The notes: generated from the letters alone by a model not told the origin. Counted from the first letter of the whole stretch, positions 25,495 to 38,565 are shown. The stretch: DNA of 62,981 nt, filler included, from Rhabdomonas costata (GCA_019059605.1; 46 parts of 46 records of this genome joined end to end with filler, not necessarily neighbours in it), one strand, 5' to 3'. Numbers and translations: made by a program.

Positions 25495-25789
25495 CTACCA
25501 TGGAAAAAATGAGGGGCGGGGCACCTTGTGGGGTCATATGTAAATAATCTGAAAATTTTGGAGAGGAGGACGATTATGGTTTGGAACCATCAGGAATACC
25601 AAAGCTGGAGCAGGACTTAGCATCGCGTACCCAAAAGCAGAGGTTGGCAACTTGACCACCAAAATCATCGCTTGACACGGAAATTCGCCCAAATTGAAGG
25701 CTGAGATTGAAGACTGCCATGTGAATGCAGAAATCTCTGGAGAAAACTGGGCACCAGCGGTGAGCCTTGGAGAGCGTCCACGCATGCAA

Positions 25790-25912
25790 ACACACACACA
25801 CACACACTTTGTGCACTTGGCCGGGACGACTTTTTTCTGGGGAAGACTCGCGTTTCTCTTCCCCCCCGGGCTCCCCACCCTCGATGGGGCATGGGCCCAT
25901 CGGGCCTCACCC
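25790..25912. repeat. Dispersed repeat family B (about 115 bp) copy, adjoining (CA)n
   Basis: The blocks CACTTTGTGCACTTG...TTTTCTGGGGA...GGGCTC...CGATGGGGCATGGGCCCATCG are shared with the copies at 28397 and 33735. Confidence 0.85.
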
Positions 25913-26555
25913 CCTTCTCGCCTCGCTGCCTCACGTTACTCTCTCCTGNNNNNNNNNNNNNNNNNNNNNNNNNNNNNNNNNNNNNNNNNNNNTTAATTAA
26001 TTAANNNNNNNNNNNNNNNNNNNNNNNNNNNNNNNNNNNNNNNNNNNNCCAAGTGCAGCAGCACCTGAAAAGCCCACCCGAAAAGTCAGGCCCGCACTGG
26101 ACCTTTTGTGTCTGGATGGGCGTATCCGTATCCGCTTTTTGTGTCGAGGCCAGCCCTGCCAGCATGGGGTGTGGATTCGATGGCTTAATGTCCACTTTGA
26201 AATCCCTTCACTTTTCCCCAGCACTTGAGCTAACTTTGCTTGGTAGGGACACCTGTCCTTTCCTCTGGTCAAATGAGTAAAGCCAAAAAACCTGCGGGAT
26301 GTCTCTCTGGCCCTGGATCATGTGTGCTTTTTTTCTTCAGCTTACCTAGCTGTGTGCTCCTCTTGCTCTGTCTATGGCTGCATCTTCAGATGTGTGTTAT
26401 CTTATTGGCTTCAACTCGATTTGCTTCCTAACTGAGTGCTCAAAAGGATTTGAACGCCACAAAGAGCCCTCATCATTGTCACCCTGTTATTAAAGCCGAA
26501 TGGTCCGCACCAATGAAAGGTGTTGTCACTGTGGGATCTCTCTCTCTCTCTTCAG

Positions 26556-26776
26556 GCAGCAGAAGCTCGGGTTGAAGGTCACACCGATGGTGCTGAGGGC
26601 CAAATCAATTCCAGCGCTGGGCTAGCCCTGGAAGATCAGGAGCTCACTCATAGGCTTGCCAGGCTGCTGGCCCCTGCTAACGGGGGTTGTCTGATTCAGC
26701 CCTCCTCTTTCCTTTCATCAGAGGACGCCAAAGCCTTGCGCAGACTGATCTCCACGCATTACGGACCTGCACAAGA
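26556..26776 (+). CDS. Probable exon of an unknown protein
   Basis: (CT)n-TTCAG acceptor, open frame AAEARVEGH...RRLISTHYGPAQ, GTGGGT donor. Confidence 0.5.
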
Positions 26777-28146
26777 GTGGGTTTTTGTGGTACTTTTCAC
26801 TATGTTTAATGATGCGTGTGTGTGATGTGATTTTTCGGTCCTCATCTGCAGGACATCATTTCTTTCGCTGCTGTGCATTGATGCCCTGCCAAACTTACAA
26901 ATTGAGTAGGTTGGAGAGGACTGGAGGAGACGTGGAAAGCGCATGGAAAGCGCGCGCACACACGCACACATACACAACGTGTCAACAGCAACAGCAGCGA
27001 GGGAGAGAGGCAGGGAACGTGAGGGCTGCGGATCAAGAATGGAGCATGCAGAGAGAACAACGACGCAGAGCAGGAGAGGCCGACAGCAGGAAAGGGACCC
27101 TCGCGGGGGCGAGACATGAAAGCCGCAGAAGCTGGAAGACAAGCACGTGTGCCCCAGGAGTGCGATGCTGGCAGGGGATGGCATGCAGGCTCCAACGGTG
27201 TCCCTTTGTGCAACGAGGGAGGAGCACCTGGAACGCGCGCAGAGACAGACCCACCCCGCAGAGGCACAAGCGGACCATTGAACATTGCAAGAAATCAGAG
27301 CCGCTATGACCAACAACCNNNNNNNNNNNNNNNNNNNNNNNNNNNNNNNNNNNNNNNNNNNNTTAATTAATTAANNNNNNNNNNNNNNNNNNNNNNNNNN
27401 NNNNNNNNNNNNNNNNNNGCACCTGCGAGGTTCAGAGCTGTGGCGGTACGGCTTTCTCCTCGGTGTCCTTGTGTCTTGTCCCTGGAATGCGAAAAAGGTC
27501 TTGTTCCGCTCCGCGTGAGCTAAGGAGGTTGGTTCACCTCCTATGAGAAGGCAGTGAACGATGTCCAGTCATTGAAGGAGGTGATGGATAGTTACCGGAC
27601 GAGTGAAACGTGATTTTACGACTTTTTGGGATGTTTTCGACACACGCATGCACACAACGTTGCGAGACTCGTGGCGTTTACCCTTGCTTTCGAAAGAAAA
27701 CCCAAACAGGGAGAGGAAAGAACTTTGTGAAAACGTCAGTCTGGCCACGAAACATTTAGTATACAGTTTCTGTCCTCAGTGTTCTTCACACCCCGGAAAC
27801 TCTTCTGTAGCACGGCCTCTTCCTCTGAGTCACCCAGTTTGCGCTGACACACCGGCGTCCCACTTCTCTCCTCTCCATTCCCGTCATCTACTCCCCACCA
27901 CCGTGCCCAATTCTCGAGTTTTGTTCGAACCTTCCTCCGCTGGTGCCATCACGCTCTGTGCAACGTTCGCTTTGAGAAAAAACATATTGCCCACAAAACC
28001 CATTCAGGGGGATGGCCACAGCCCCTCCCCTCTCCCAACCAGCGCTTTGCCTTTGAACCAATCAAGCGAAAGACCAAATCCATCCAGCCGAAAACTCCCC
28101 GAGGCCCCAATGACAGGACAGAAGAATTGGGGAGGAGGTGCCGTAC

Positions 28147-28359
28147 CCAGGTCTCCCCCCTCGCCGGGGCTGAGGCTGGCCTCCAGGACTTTCAGGGCCT
28201 CGCTTGGCTCCAGGTGGGCGACCCGGCGGGCGGCGTGGGAGCGCCGGTACAGCGGGGGGTACGGCACGTCTACCGAGAAGAGCTCACGCACCTCCGCAGA
28301 GCCGGGCTGCAAGGCGGAGCCAGAGGAGCCCAGGGAGTCCGACAAGGCAACTTCCGCCC
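28147..28359 (-). CDS. Probable exon of an unknown protein
   Basis: GC-rich frame AEVALSDSLG...VRELFSVDVPYPPLYRRSHAARRVAHLEPSEALKVLEASLSPGEGGDL, bounded by TAG and GT. Confidence 0.55.
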
Positions 28360-28396
28360 CTATGACCCACCAACACACATTTATACACAGGCACCC

Positions 28397-28511
28397 ACAA
28401 ACACTTGGTGCACTTGTCCAGGGTGATAGTTTTTTCTGGGGAGGACTCTAGGTCCACTTCCCCTCTGGGCTCACAACCTTCGATGGGGCATAAGCCCATC
28501 GAACTCACACC
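28397..28511. repeat. Dispersed repeat family B copy
   Basis: CACTTGGTGCACTTG...TTTTTTCTGGGGAGG...GGGCTC...CGATGGGGCATAAGCCCATCG. Confidence 0.85.
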
Positions 28512-29049
28512 TCACACCGTCGTCGGTCCACGGTGCCTTGTGTCTCTCATTCTTGTCACGCGGGGTTGCCTAACCCCATGTGACATCCGATCTATAGTGT
28601 AGCCGCGGGGCCTTGGGAACTGGCTTAGAGATCTCTATCTGAGTACCCAACCTTCACACACATACAGCCTGGTGAGCAGAAAAAACACCNNNNNNNNNNN
28701 NNNNNNNNNNNNNNNNNNNNNNNNNNNNNNNNNTTAATTAATTAANNNNNNNNNNNNNNNNNNNNNNNNNNNNNNNNNNNNNNNNNNNNAGAAAACATTT
28801 CGGGTTAACCACATGCCACGTCCCCGGACAGCGGCATGTATACAGGCTAAAAAGACTTCGAATGGAAAACCGTCACATACCATTTTCTGAGTTTCCGGGT
28901 GTTACTTACCTTATATATTGAAGGGGATAGCTTAGGTGAACACTGGTCATTCTTATCCAATATCCCGTTGTGTGAGCGCCGAGTTACCGCTCGTTCAATT
29001 GACATCGATCCAATCACACACTGCTCTGATACAGCAAAGGCAGCTCCAC

Positions 29050-29852
29050 CTTGCCCCCGATGCAGCCGTGGCAGGAGACGCTCATGTACTCGCCCAGGCC
29101 CAGGGCGACCTTCTGGGTCTGCACGGCAAGCTCTCGGGTTGGGGACAGCACCAGCGCCTGGGTCTCGTTCAGGTTGGACTCAATGGCGTGGAGGATGCCA
29201 ATGCAGAACATCGTGGTCTTGCCCGTGCCGGATTGTGCCTGCAGCCCAAACCCACAACACGATACACGGAACTGCAAGCACATCTTACACGAACACTAAA
29301 CGCACTCCTCCAAGAGCTCCAGTGCAAAGTGCAAAGCATTGGTTCCCACGAAATTGTCGAAAGGGGCAGTGACCCCTACACCCTACAGCAGACATAATAG
29401 TCGAAAATCTCATGGAGGATTTTCCCGGCCCAGCGTATTTTCATACACTAAGCCGCAAAAGAAAATAGCAACAGATGTGAGGAACTGACTGTGCTCAGCT
29501 CAGGAGCTGCAGAAAGGGAGCTGATGCACTTTATCTTCAGCGTGCACTGCCACTGGCCCGCACAGAACTTGCACATAGACGCAGAAACACAAACGTACAC
29601 GTGCACACATGCACCCGCACATCCACACACCTGCGCGATCAAGTCCCTGCCCTTGATCATGGGGATGATCGCTCGCTGCTGGATCGCTGAGGGGCGGTCG
29701 AAGCCCAGTGAGTAGATTCCCCGGAGGAGCTCCTCCCGAAGCCCCATCTGGTCAAAGCTGGCCACCACCTTGACATCCTTGCTGGTCTCAAACGTGATCT
29801 TCGCGTCGGCGTCGTAGTCAATCTTCGTCCCACCGCTAGCCTTGCCCGCCAT
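29050..29852 (-). CDS. EIF4A3: DEAD-box RNA helicase eIF4A-III (exon junction complex), exons 29852-29631 and 29238-29050 (5' part)
   Basis: [27 protein letters not shown]...PSAIQQRAI (Q motif), AQSGTGKT (motif I), SPTRELA (Ia) and CIGGK. The FETS N-terminal segment favours eIF4A3 over eIF4A1. Confidence 0.9.
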
Positions 29853-30684
29853 TGCTCTACCGGAATTGGGGCGGGTTCCCTTAACGGCTCCCTTGGTCTG
29901 CACTGACTCGCGGGTTGCGGTAGCACGGAAATCGGAGGAAAGAAGGTGGCCGGAAAGAGTGAAGTTTGGTGGGCGAGTTTGCAAGCGAACTCCGAATGCT
30001 AAACAACAAAAAAAAACTTTGTGGATCTGTACGAGCAAAAACAACCAACCACACCCAACACNNNNNNNNNNNNNNNNNNNNNNNNNNNNNNNNNNNNNNN
30101 NNNNNTTAATTAATTAANNNNNNNNNNNNNNNNNNNNNNNNNNNNNNNNNNNNNNNNNNNNTGCGACCATACTTATGCATACAAAACCCCCAGTTTGTAC
30201 GCTGGAAAACACTTTTAAACCCAAATATAAACCAAAAATGGTTAAAAGTGGTGAAAGGAGAAATGCGGGCGCAATTCACGTGTTTTGGGATACCAACGAA
30301 CTCGGATGACAATATTTTTGGTGTGCTTTTCAGAACAAAGAGACGCCCAGTGTGGATTTTCTCCCCCGAAAAACCTCTGTTAAGGAACAAGGTCTCTCAT
30401 TTTTCAAAAAGGCACACAAAAATAAGAGTTTCATGCGTTCGCGAAATAAAAGTGTCCACCGCGATACATTTTGACCCACCTCGTCCCATTCTCCAGCCGT
30501 GGTTGTGGAACTGGACCGTTTACTTCTTTGTTCCCGAACCATGACTCGTCACCAGAGAGCGGTGCAGTTGCACGTGTGCTGAAGAGTTGGGGGTGGTGCC
30601 TTCTTTCGAACATCTCCACACTTTGTCTCACTACAGCATTCACTCAAGCAATTATTCTTGTCCCTATTTGCCACCTGCCCACAA

Positions 30685-30798
30685 ATGGCTGCCGTGGTGA
30701 CCTTGCTTCTTTTACTCGCCCTGGACCTTCTGTTGGGCGCCCCGGCAGATGCGGTGCGGGTGCATCCCATGCGTCAAAACCTCAGCGCCATAGGCAAG
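30685..30798 (+). CDS. First exon of a putative secreted protein with a signal peptide
   Basis: MAAVVTLLLLLALDLLLGAPADA-VRVHPMRQNLSAIGK is followed by a GT donor; it has a hydrophobic core and an AxA cleavage site. Confidence 0.5.
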
Positions 30799-31599
30799 GT
30801 TGTTGCTATCGCCTGCCCACAGATCCGCATTGCAGACTGTAAAAAAAGAAATCATTGCCCATCACCGGATCAATATTTACAATACGACGAGGTAGAACTC
30901 TGGAATGCGAGCATTCTCGTCGTGGTGCTGGTTCCTTCTTGAGCATGTTCCAGTTTACCTGTCATTGTTGACGGAGGGCACTCCTATTCTGTATCTAGTG
31001 CGCAAGGGCTACCCCCTCTTCCCATCGCTTGCTCTGCTTTACTGCAGCCCGCTCGAGTGCGAGATACCGTGACGCGGTACTGCGACATCAGACCGAGAAC
31101 TTAGTCCGTAACGTTTCAGTCTTTTTTTGCGTGTTTTTATGCCCCGTAGCTTGGGTAGCATATGCTGTCTCTTGGTGAATACGCAAAGTTGTAAACTCTC
31201 GATTTACGGTGTCGCCTGCTATAGATAGTTGCGTTGCAGGACCCCAGAAGTGCGATAATGGGAAGAAGTGTACGGTGCAGTTTTGTTTAACATGCCCAAG
31301 CCTGCTGAAATCGATCGGACCGCCCAAAAATATGAGGAACCCGTGCTGAGTTTGTTTCGAAAATCCTTCCGGTGACCATTGGACCGAGCAGCAGCAGCAG
31401 CAGCATCGCTGTCATGCCACCCCCCCACACNNNNNNNNNNNNNNNNNNNNNNNNNNNNNNNNNNNNNNNNNNNNTTAATTAATTAANNNNNNNNNNNNNN
31501 NNNNNNNNNNNNNNNNNNNNNNNNNNNNNNAATACTTGCCGCAAGGGAGATTCTTCTGCCGTGGTAGTAGTGCTGCACAACTTTTGTGTGTTTTAAGTG

Positions 31600-32801
31600 T
31601 GTCGTGCTGGATGTATACGCCATGCAGGCAGCTATGGGTGTCAGTAACTCAGCTCCTAACGCTAAGTCTGAGTGTGTGATGGAGGTAAGCCTGGTAGATG
31701 CCCTGACTCACGTTGGGTTTATCTGCTAAGCCTCCCGTCGTGATGCTGCTACCTATACGGGGACCCACATCCTTGCGTTGAGTTGCGGTGCCAACATAGT
31801 GGTAGTGCGTGTCACCCACCGCATAGGTGTAAGGTCAAGCCCTTGATCGCTACGCTCAATGCACCACAGTGGTTGTGTCCGCCTGTCAGTGTCGGGATGT
31901 AGCTTGCAAGCTGTGCGCTGCCCCTAACCAACATCAGGATCACCAAACCGATGGAATACCTGCTGATATTGAAGGATGTGTGTCGTGATTCTACCCAAAC
32001 CCCATATGCCAAGGTTAGCACCAAGGCATCGGCTGTGTGCCAGGGGAAGGGTAACCCTGTACTGTATGTCTCCGCAAAGGCTCAAGAACCCACAGTGGGT
32101 AAAGCTGCGCAATGGAGGGCGCCGAGCCCGACAGGCAACATCCTTTACACATCCCGTGTTCGTGGTTCCTCGTCTGTCCAACTTGACATCCTCAATCCAA
32201 CCCACATCCAGTGCTTGTTGTCAGTTGACATAGTGACGTTGATGCTGATGCTTCCTCCCGCGGTAGCAGTGAGAGGATGTAACGCCCGATGCCTGAACCC
32301 CACCAGTGCCGAGTGATGCTGGTATAACGGGAGGGCTGAGGCACAGGGGCACTGAAGGAGTGAGAGCGGGAGAGGGAGGTCCGAACGAAGTTGTAGAGTG
32401 AAGAATGATGGTCGCATCTCACTCGCTGCGCTCCCTCGATGCTCCTATTCCTGCTACGGCAAGCCCTTCGACCATGCCTTCGTGACTCTGAACCCAAAGC
32501 GTAGTCTCTCTTGGTATTCCCGTGTGGCTCCGCCCGGACGGAGCGTGCGAGGGACCGAGCATGCGGATGGCTGCTGGGGCCCCTTTGTCTTTGCTTGTCG
32601 TATGTTCCTTCGTCACACTCCCTAAGTGTGGTGGTTCGTGCCCTCCACCCCCATAAGGGGCCTACGTGCCCTCACCTACCCCACCTCAGCCTCCAAGACC
32701 ACCCTGAGACCAGAAGACCTGATGCACCAAGTGGTACCCCTACTGCGCATGACCTGCGGCCCAAGGTGCCCCCACCACCTACCCCCACCTTACCTCGACA
32801 T
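31600..32801 (+). mobile_element. Possible heavily decayed non-LTR retroelement ORF
   Basis: Long intron-free, coding-like sequence with scattered stops. Fragments LGLSAKPPVVMLLPIRGPTSLR*VAVP and LIATLNAP weakly recall the post-RT PxxxGGLGxP...LN region. Confidence 0.25.
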
Positions 32802-33734
32802 NNNNNNNNNNNNNNNNNNNNNNNNNNNNNNNNNNNNNNNNNNNNTTAATTAATTAANNNNNNNNNNNNNNNNNNNNNNNNNNNNNNNNNNNNNNNNNNN
32901 NTGTTGGTGTGTGCGCGCGCGCATGCGCGCGGGCGCGCCTGTGCCTCGAGCGGAACAGACCTTTCTGCCCACAGCCTCCGTGCTGCCGTCCACAACGACC
33001 ACCCGCGGTGCGGTGGCAGAACGTGACCGCCACATACCCGAGTCCGAGAAGGTCCCAAACGAGGACTCCCACGTTCCGCTGAGCTGGGAAAGCATCGCCG
33101 TGAGCAGGGTGGTATCCTCGGATGAGCCCTGTGTGTCAACCCAGAAAGCACTTCAGACTTTATTTCTCGGTGCAAAACAGGTGCTAAGCGAACTCCAGCG
33201 ACCTCACGACTACCCTCCCACACAGCGCACAGGGCAGAAATTCAGACGGTCGCACAGTAGAGTCCGCCCCCCGCAAAGGGGGATGAGACACAAGTTTAAT
33301 TCAGAGACTAACAGTTGTTTGTGTCAAATCAGTCATCTCCAATACATCCCTCGCAGCATCTGCGCGTTTTCCCTCAGGAATTCCATGAGAAGGACGCTTC
33401 ACTGCTTCTGTTACAATACAACACGCTTACAATTTGGCAATAAAAATTTGGGAAAAAAGTCACATTGTTCCCAAAATGCAACCACCATTCGCGCTGCGTG
33501 ACAACCGCCCACCTACCGACGCCCTGTAAAAACCGTGTGTATTGAGATATTGGTACGCTCCAAACACGCTGCTGCATAAGGTTCACGTTGGTTTGGACGC
33601 CTTCTCCAGGCGGGCTTCTGATGGATTCTCCTACCTGCGTGGCTGCTACTTTTGGGAGAACACCACTGCACGGCGGTTGATAGGAAACCTCGCTAGCGAA
33701 TCAAAAACGCGGAAACCTCACCCCACGGCACGCG

Positions 33735-33838
33735 CACACATACACTTTGTGCACTTTGCAAGGGTGAATTTTCTGGGGAGGTCCACTTTCCCATTGGGCT
33801 CCCAACTTTGGATGAGGCAAGGGCCCATCGGGCACACA
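33735..33838. repeat. Dispersed repeat family B copy, with CA-rich tracts on both sides
   Basis: CACTTTGTGCACTTTG...TTTTCTGGGGAGGTCCACTT...GGGCTCCCAAC...GGATGAGGCAAGGGCCCATCGGG. Confidence 0.85.
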
Positions 33839-34567
33839 TTCACACATACACACACGCACAAAATCCCCCCAACATTCCATGCAAAGCCCGTGGGGGGACC
33901 TGTTTCACCACAAGGGTGATCGGAAGGTTGGGCAGGTGCAAGGAGGGGTTCAGTGCAGTGAGGGAAGGGTCAGACCACGAGGAGATGCTACCTGGGAGAG
34001 AAAACGCATGCATTCCTATCTTCCCATTCTCAAACTGAACAAGACCCAGCGCAGAGCCGGTCGAATTAATCGCAAACAAACCAGGCGGGTACACACTCTC
34101 CAAATGTGAAACGTAGTGCGCACAGTGCGCGCCCTGGCATCTTCACTGACGGCTTCGCTCCTACCCCCACAANNNNNNNNNNNNNNNNNNNNNNNNNNNN
34201 NNNNNNNNNNNNNNNNTTAATTAATTAANNNNNNNNNNNNNNNNNNNNNNNNNNNNNNNNNNNNNNNNNNNNGGATGGGTTGGGACCTTCCATGGGTGGG
34301 CGATGCTCCGTCTCGCACTGCTAAACGTTTAGTAGTGCCAAACGATCGGACATTTCCTTGGGATAATATTTTAGGACCTTAGGTTATTATAACCCTAGAC
34401 GGGCGTATTTTATTTTAAGGGGGTTGGGAAATTTACGATGCTACATCGGTGCTTAACGTTTTACACCCCTCCCCCCAAATACAAGAGGAGTCATCCTCAG
34501 ACATCCAATAATGACTCTGAAGCCCGATAACTTCCTTCCCATCGCACTCCCTTTTCCGACCTCACAG

Positions 34568-34678
34568 GGAGTGAATCATTTCCTGTGCACCCAGTGCGAG
34601 GCCAAGTGGAAGGGCTCGGACTACTTCCTGCGGTTCATGGGGCCGCGTGGATGCGGGTACCACTCCCATAAGGGCTGA
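34568..34678 (+). CDS. Terminal exon of an unknown Cys/His-containing protein
   Basis: Pyrimidine tract and CAG acceptor, then GVNHFLCTQCEAKWKGSDYFLRFMGPRGCGYHSHKG*, followed by UTR-like sequence. Confidence 0.55.
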   Translation, partial: GVNHFLCTQCEAKWKGSDYFLRFMGPRGCGYHSHKG

Positions 34679-36022
34679 CCAAAGGCGTACCTGGACATGC
34701 GAAAGATGAAGATCGTCGGAAGATGGATTTTTCTGTTGTGTTGTGTGCCATATTCTTTTACCGCCTTTCGGCACATCACGGAAACCCCAGGTTGGTGCCC
34801 TGGTGCGGAGGTTGTATGGTATAGGCAGGTTTATTTTTGTGTTCCTGTGAATTTTCTGCTTTTTGACTCCACACGCCCATAAGATCTCAGTTCCACTTTT
34901 TGCTGTGGTGTATGCCCTCTCTTTGGCCACACCCCTCTCCATAAAGACTGTTGTTGCCTCCTTTTCGCACAGACACCCACACATACACACACGCACACAA
35001 GAGCAGGTCGTCTTGCGCGGTGTACCCCTGTGTATGGCTCCTGAGTTTCTGCCGGTCCTTGCCTTTCTCTCTGACCGGACTTCGTCTCTCCTGACCCGCG
35101 CTTTTTTGTATCCTCTCACACCCGTTCCCTTTCTGCCTTTTTGGAAAGGTGTCGGAAAGTGGTTGTCGCATTAGAAGCGAAAACCACTCTCTTAGTTTGT
35201 ATTATAATACCTTGCCATCGTTTGTTTTTGTCTGGGAAGTTCGCTGAGTACTGCCCTCTCCTTTTCTTTTCCCATCAATGCAGCACACCCGCCCATAAAA
35301 AATACTTCTGTCGTCCTGGAAAGCACGGGAGGCAACCTGGACAGACTACAATCTGGCGCCCATTCCTTGGGATAAAAACACAGCTTCTGTCGGCGTGGTA
35401 CCGCTCAACCCATAGGGTACCACATTACCCCTGAGAGAAGTGGGTTGTATGGCAGGACTCATGCGGTGGCACAAATTGTGGTTTTTTTGCTCCGTTTCTT
35501 TTTTCGTGTGCGTGGTACACCCCTTTCCTAGTTCCCAGGTCTTNNNNNNNNNNNNNNNNNNNNNNNNNNNNNNNNNNNNNNNNNNNNTTAATTAATTAAN
35601 NNNNNNNNNNNNNNNNNNNNNNNNNNNNNNNNNNNNNNNNNNNGGTTTTGGTTCCGGCATCCTTCTGATTAATTCTCTCGCCGCTGGCCGAGATACGATC
35701 GCCGCATTTTCCATAGTCCTTCACGTGCCGCAGGTTTCCTGACACTGCAACGTATAGTGCACAAATTTTGAAACACCCCACTTCAACGCACCCCCGAGAC
35801 CAGTCTTCCGTGTGTGGGTGTGGGCGTGTGCGTGTCGCGTGTTCTGGAGGTGTCGCCCTAGGGGCTGGCTGTTGTTCCTCCTCCAGCGTCCACCGGAACA
35901 AACAGCTGCTTCTGTTCAACAGAAGATCCACAAGAGGCGGGGGGGGTGCTTGAAGGAAAAGGCCGCGCATCAGCTGAGCCGCAAACCACCTGCACAAGCA
36001 AAAGAGATGGGGATGCGCAGAC

Positions 36023-36709
36023 CTTTCTGCGAAGCCGGCATGGGGGTCCTCGGCCAGAGCCTTTGCGGCGAGTTCCCCGAACTGGACGGTCAGCAGTGAG
36101 GCCACCCGAAAGCCCTCGCTCGACCGCACCACCCAAGTCCCTACGTCCACCAACAACTGCCCAACAGCCCAACCGACCAGCAGACGACCGAGCTGGTAAA
36201 GACTTACACACCTTGACGCAGGTATGCGATCAATCAACAATGCGTGTAAAACCAAAAAAAAGGAATTTGCTCCAAAATGCGTCTCATATTACCCCGCTGC
36301 GTACCAGTCTGGACCTCAATGGGAATTCATATTGGGTGAACTCTGGGTAGTACTCGTGGACACGCGATATGAATCTATCTATCAATAAATCTATCCATTA
36401 ATCCATCACTCGCGATGGTAAAAAAAAAGCAGAGGGCCAAGGGAACCTTGGGGGCCCACCCTGCCGGCGAAGTAGGGCCCGTCATGGCCACCCAGCACCA
36501 ACCCCACTTCGGGAACCTCAAAGGCTAGCCGCTGGTCCGCATCCCGCCCGCACAGCTGGGTCACCGCAACCACCAGCTCACACCCCTCTCGGGAGAGCAG
36601 CATCGGGGCCAGGGTCTGCGCCGCCTCGACATAGTCCGTGCAGCACAGCTCGTCCAGCCGGACCCCATCCTGGAGCTTGAGGTGCTGGAACCACTGCGGG
36701 TCTGCGAAG
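36023..36709 (-). CDS. 5'-nucleotidase-type calcineurin-like metallophosphoesterase domain, exons 36709-36447 and 36140-36023
   Basis: DYVEAAQTLAPMLLSREGCELVVAVTQL...DQRLAFEVPEVGLVLGGHDGPY...|GTWVVRSSEGFR matches the family pattern DYVE...DLIIALTH...VPEIDLILGGHDH...IVKSGTDFR. Confidence 0.8.
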
Positions 36710-36824
36710 CTGCAGCCAAAACCACTACTCAACGCATCCCAAAGCAAGGGAATCAAATGCAAGGCAAGGGAACTCTCCGTACCGAACCGTGCCATGCAGT
36801 GCAGTGCGAAACGCAAGGCAACAT

Positions 36825-36914
36825 AACACAACACAACGCACCACAGCACACCACACCACACCACACCACACCACACCACAGCAAAGCACAGCACACCACA
36901 CCATACCACACCCC
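36825..36914. repeat. (CACAC/CCACA)n pentamer microsatellite at a contig end
   Basis: Visible imperfect tandem array. Confidence 0.9.
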
Positions 36915-38565
36915 NNNNNNNNNNNNNNNNNNNNNNNNNNNNNNNNNNNNNNNNNNNNTTAATTAATTAANNNNNNNNNNNNNNNNNNNNNNNNNNNNNN
37001 NNNNNNNNNNNNNNGTTTTGTGGTGTTTGGGTGCACTTCAGCTGCGGTTTTGGAGCGGAATGGAGGGGGGCCTCGAAACTTTCTTTTTGGTTGCAGGGGA
37101 ATCTCAAGAAGGACTTTTGCGCTCAAAGATGCGCCGAATTGAAAGGCATTGGGCACATCACGCTGCCTCCCCAACCGCGCCCATGGGAACCCTCGCAAGC
37201 GTAAGTTGCAGGTATGCAGGTATGACCCAGTATACCTGGGCTTAGGAGGGGTTAGGTGAAGAGTAACATTCACCAATGGCAGCGTGCGGACTGAAAAATG
37301 TGGTAGTGTAGTTGTATTTTTTGGCTGCTAAGCAGGGTCTGGCTTTTTGTAAACATTCGTAGGTTAATTTGATCAACGCGGGTGCAAAATGATGTGCACG
37401 AATATTGCCATGAGCATGTTTATTTGTATTATCAGAATCCTAAGCAAAAAAGAAATCCTTGAGTAACTTGAAAGCAAATAACCCATTAAATTTACAGAAA
37501 AACCATCTCATTATTGTTTTCAAAATCAGTTTTTCACAATGATTGCTGCATCGTTTGCTCACAGAAGCGTACTTCTTCTCGATTTGGTACGGTTGCAACA
37601 CTTGCCAGTGAAAAGACCAAGAACCAGAAGGAATGTTGTTGTTCTGCCACCGAAAAACTCCCAAAATTGTCCCAAATTTGCCACAGCTTCCGCAGATTCA
37701 GCAATTGTCCAAATAAACGCGTCCACAGCGATGTCATGCTCGGGTAGCGGGGTGGGACCATGGATCCGGCTCAGTGCTATGCATTAAAATGGCAGCATTT
37801 CGGACTTCACAGCGAAAAAAGAATGGAGATTACCATTATTTTCCCTTTCCACTTCGTTGCAATGAAGTTCCCGATGTTTGTAGCATTGGATTCAAAATCC
37901 AAAATTCTCACTTCTACTGTGAAGCGGGCCGTACTGGGCACGCCCACCAAGAACGCAAGCAACCCTCCCCTCCACCTTTCTATACCCTGGAGGGTTGCTT
38001 TCTGGGTGTCTCTCGCTCAGGGGTTTTCTGTTTCTAAGGCACTGTGTGTCTGAGTGTGCTCCAGTGGACTTCCCTTTTTTTGCCCTTCTTCCCCAACCCT
38101 TGAAAAATAATGATGATGGAGGCAGACCAGCCTGCGGATCCCAGGACGGCTGCCGCCTTGGACTCTTTAGCGAGACTCTTCCCCAACTTGGCATGACATC
38201 CTCTACGCCCATCCCCCTTAGCTGTCGCCACTCGTGTGGCGCAAACCGTGTCATACACACCCCACCCAACCACACCCACCACANNNNNNNNNNNNNNNNN
38301 NNNNNNNNNNNNNNNNNNNNNNNNNNNTTAATTAATTAANNNNNNNNNNNNNNNNNNNNNNNNNNNNNNNNNNNNNNNNNNNNTATCAGAGCGAACGAGG
38401 GGAATGAATGGGGAAGAGAAGGTGCAGCAAAGACACTTTAGGGGGAAGGCAAGTATACACAAAGAGGACGGGACAAAGCCCTTGAAAGCTGCAGCAACAG
38501 CAAAAGTGGAAGGAAGGGGGAGGGGCCCTGGAGGGGACCAGTGCCCAAAAGAGGGCGCCAGTTGC

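Noticed and set aside
27603..28451. 282-aa plus-strand ORF
   Set aside because: It is a low-complexity antisense shadow of the minus-strand exon at 28147-28359.
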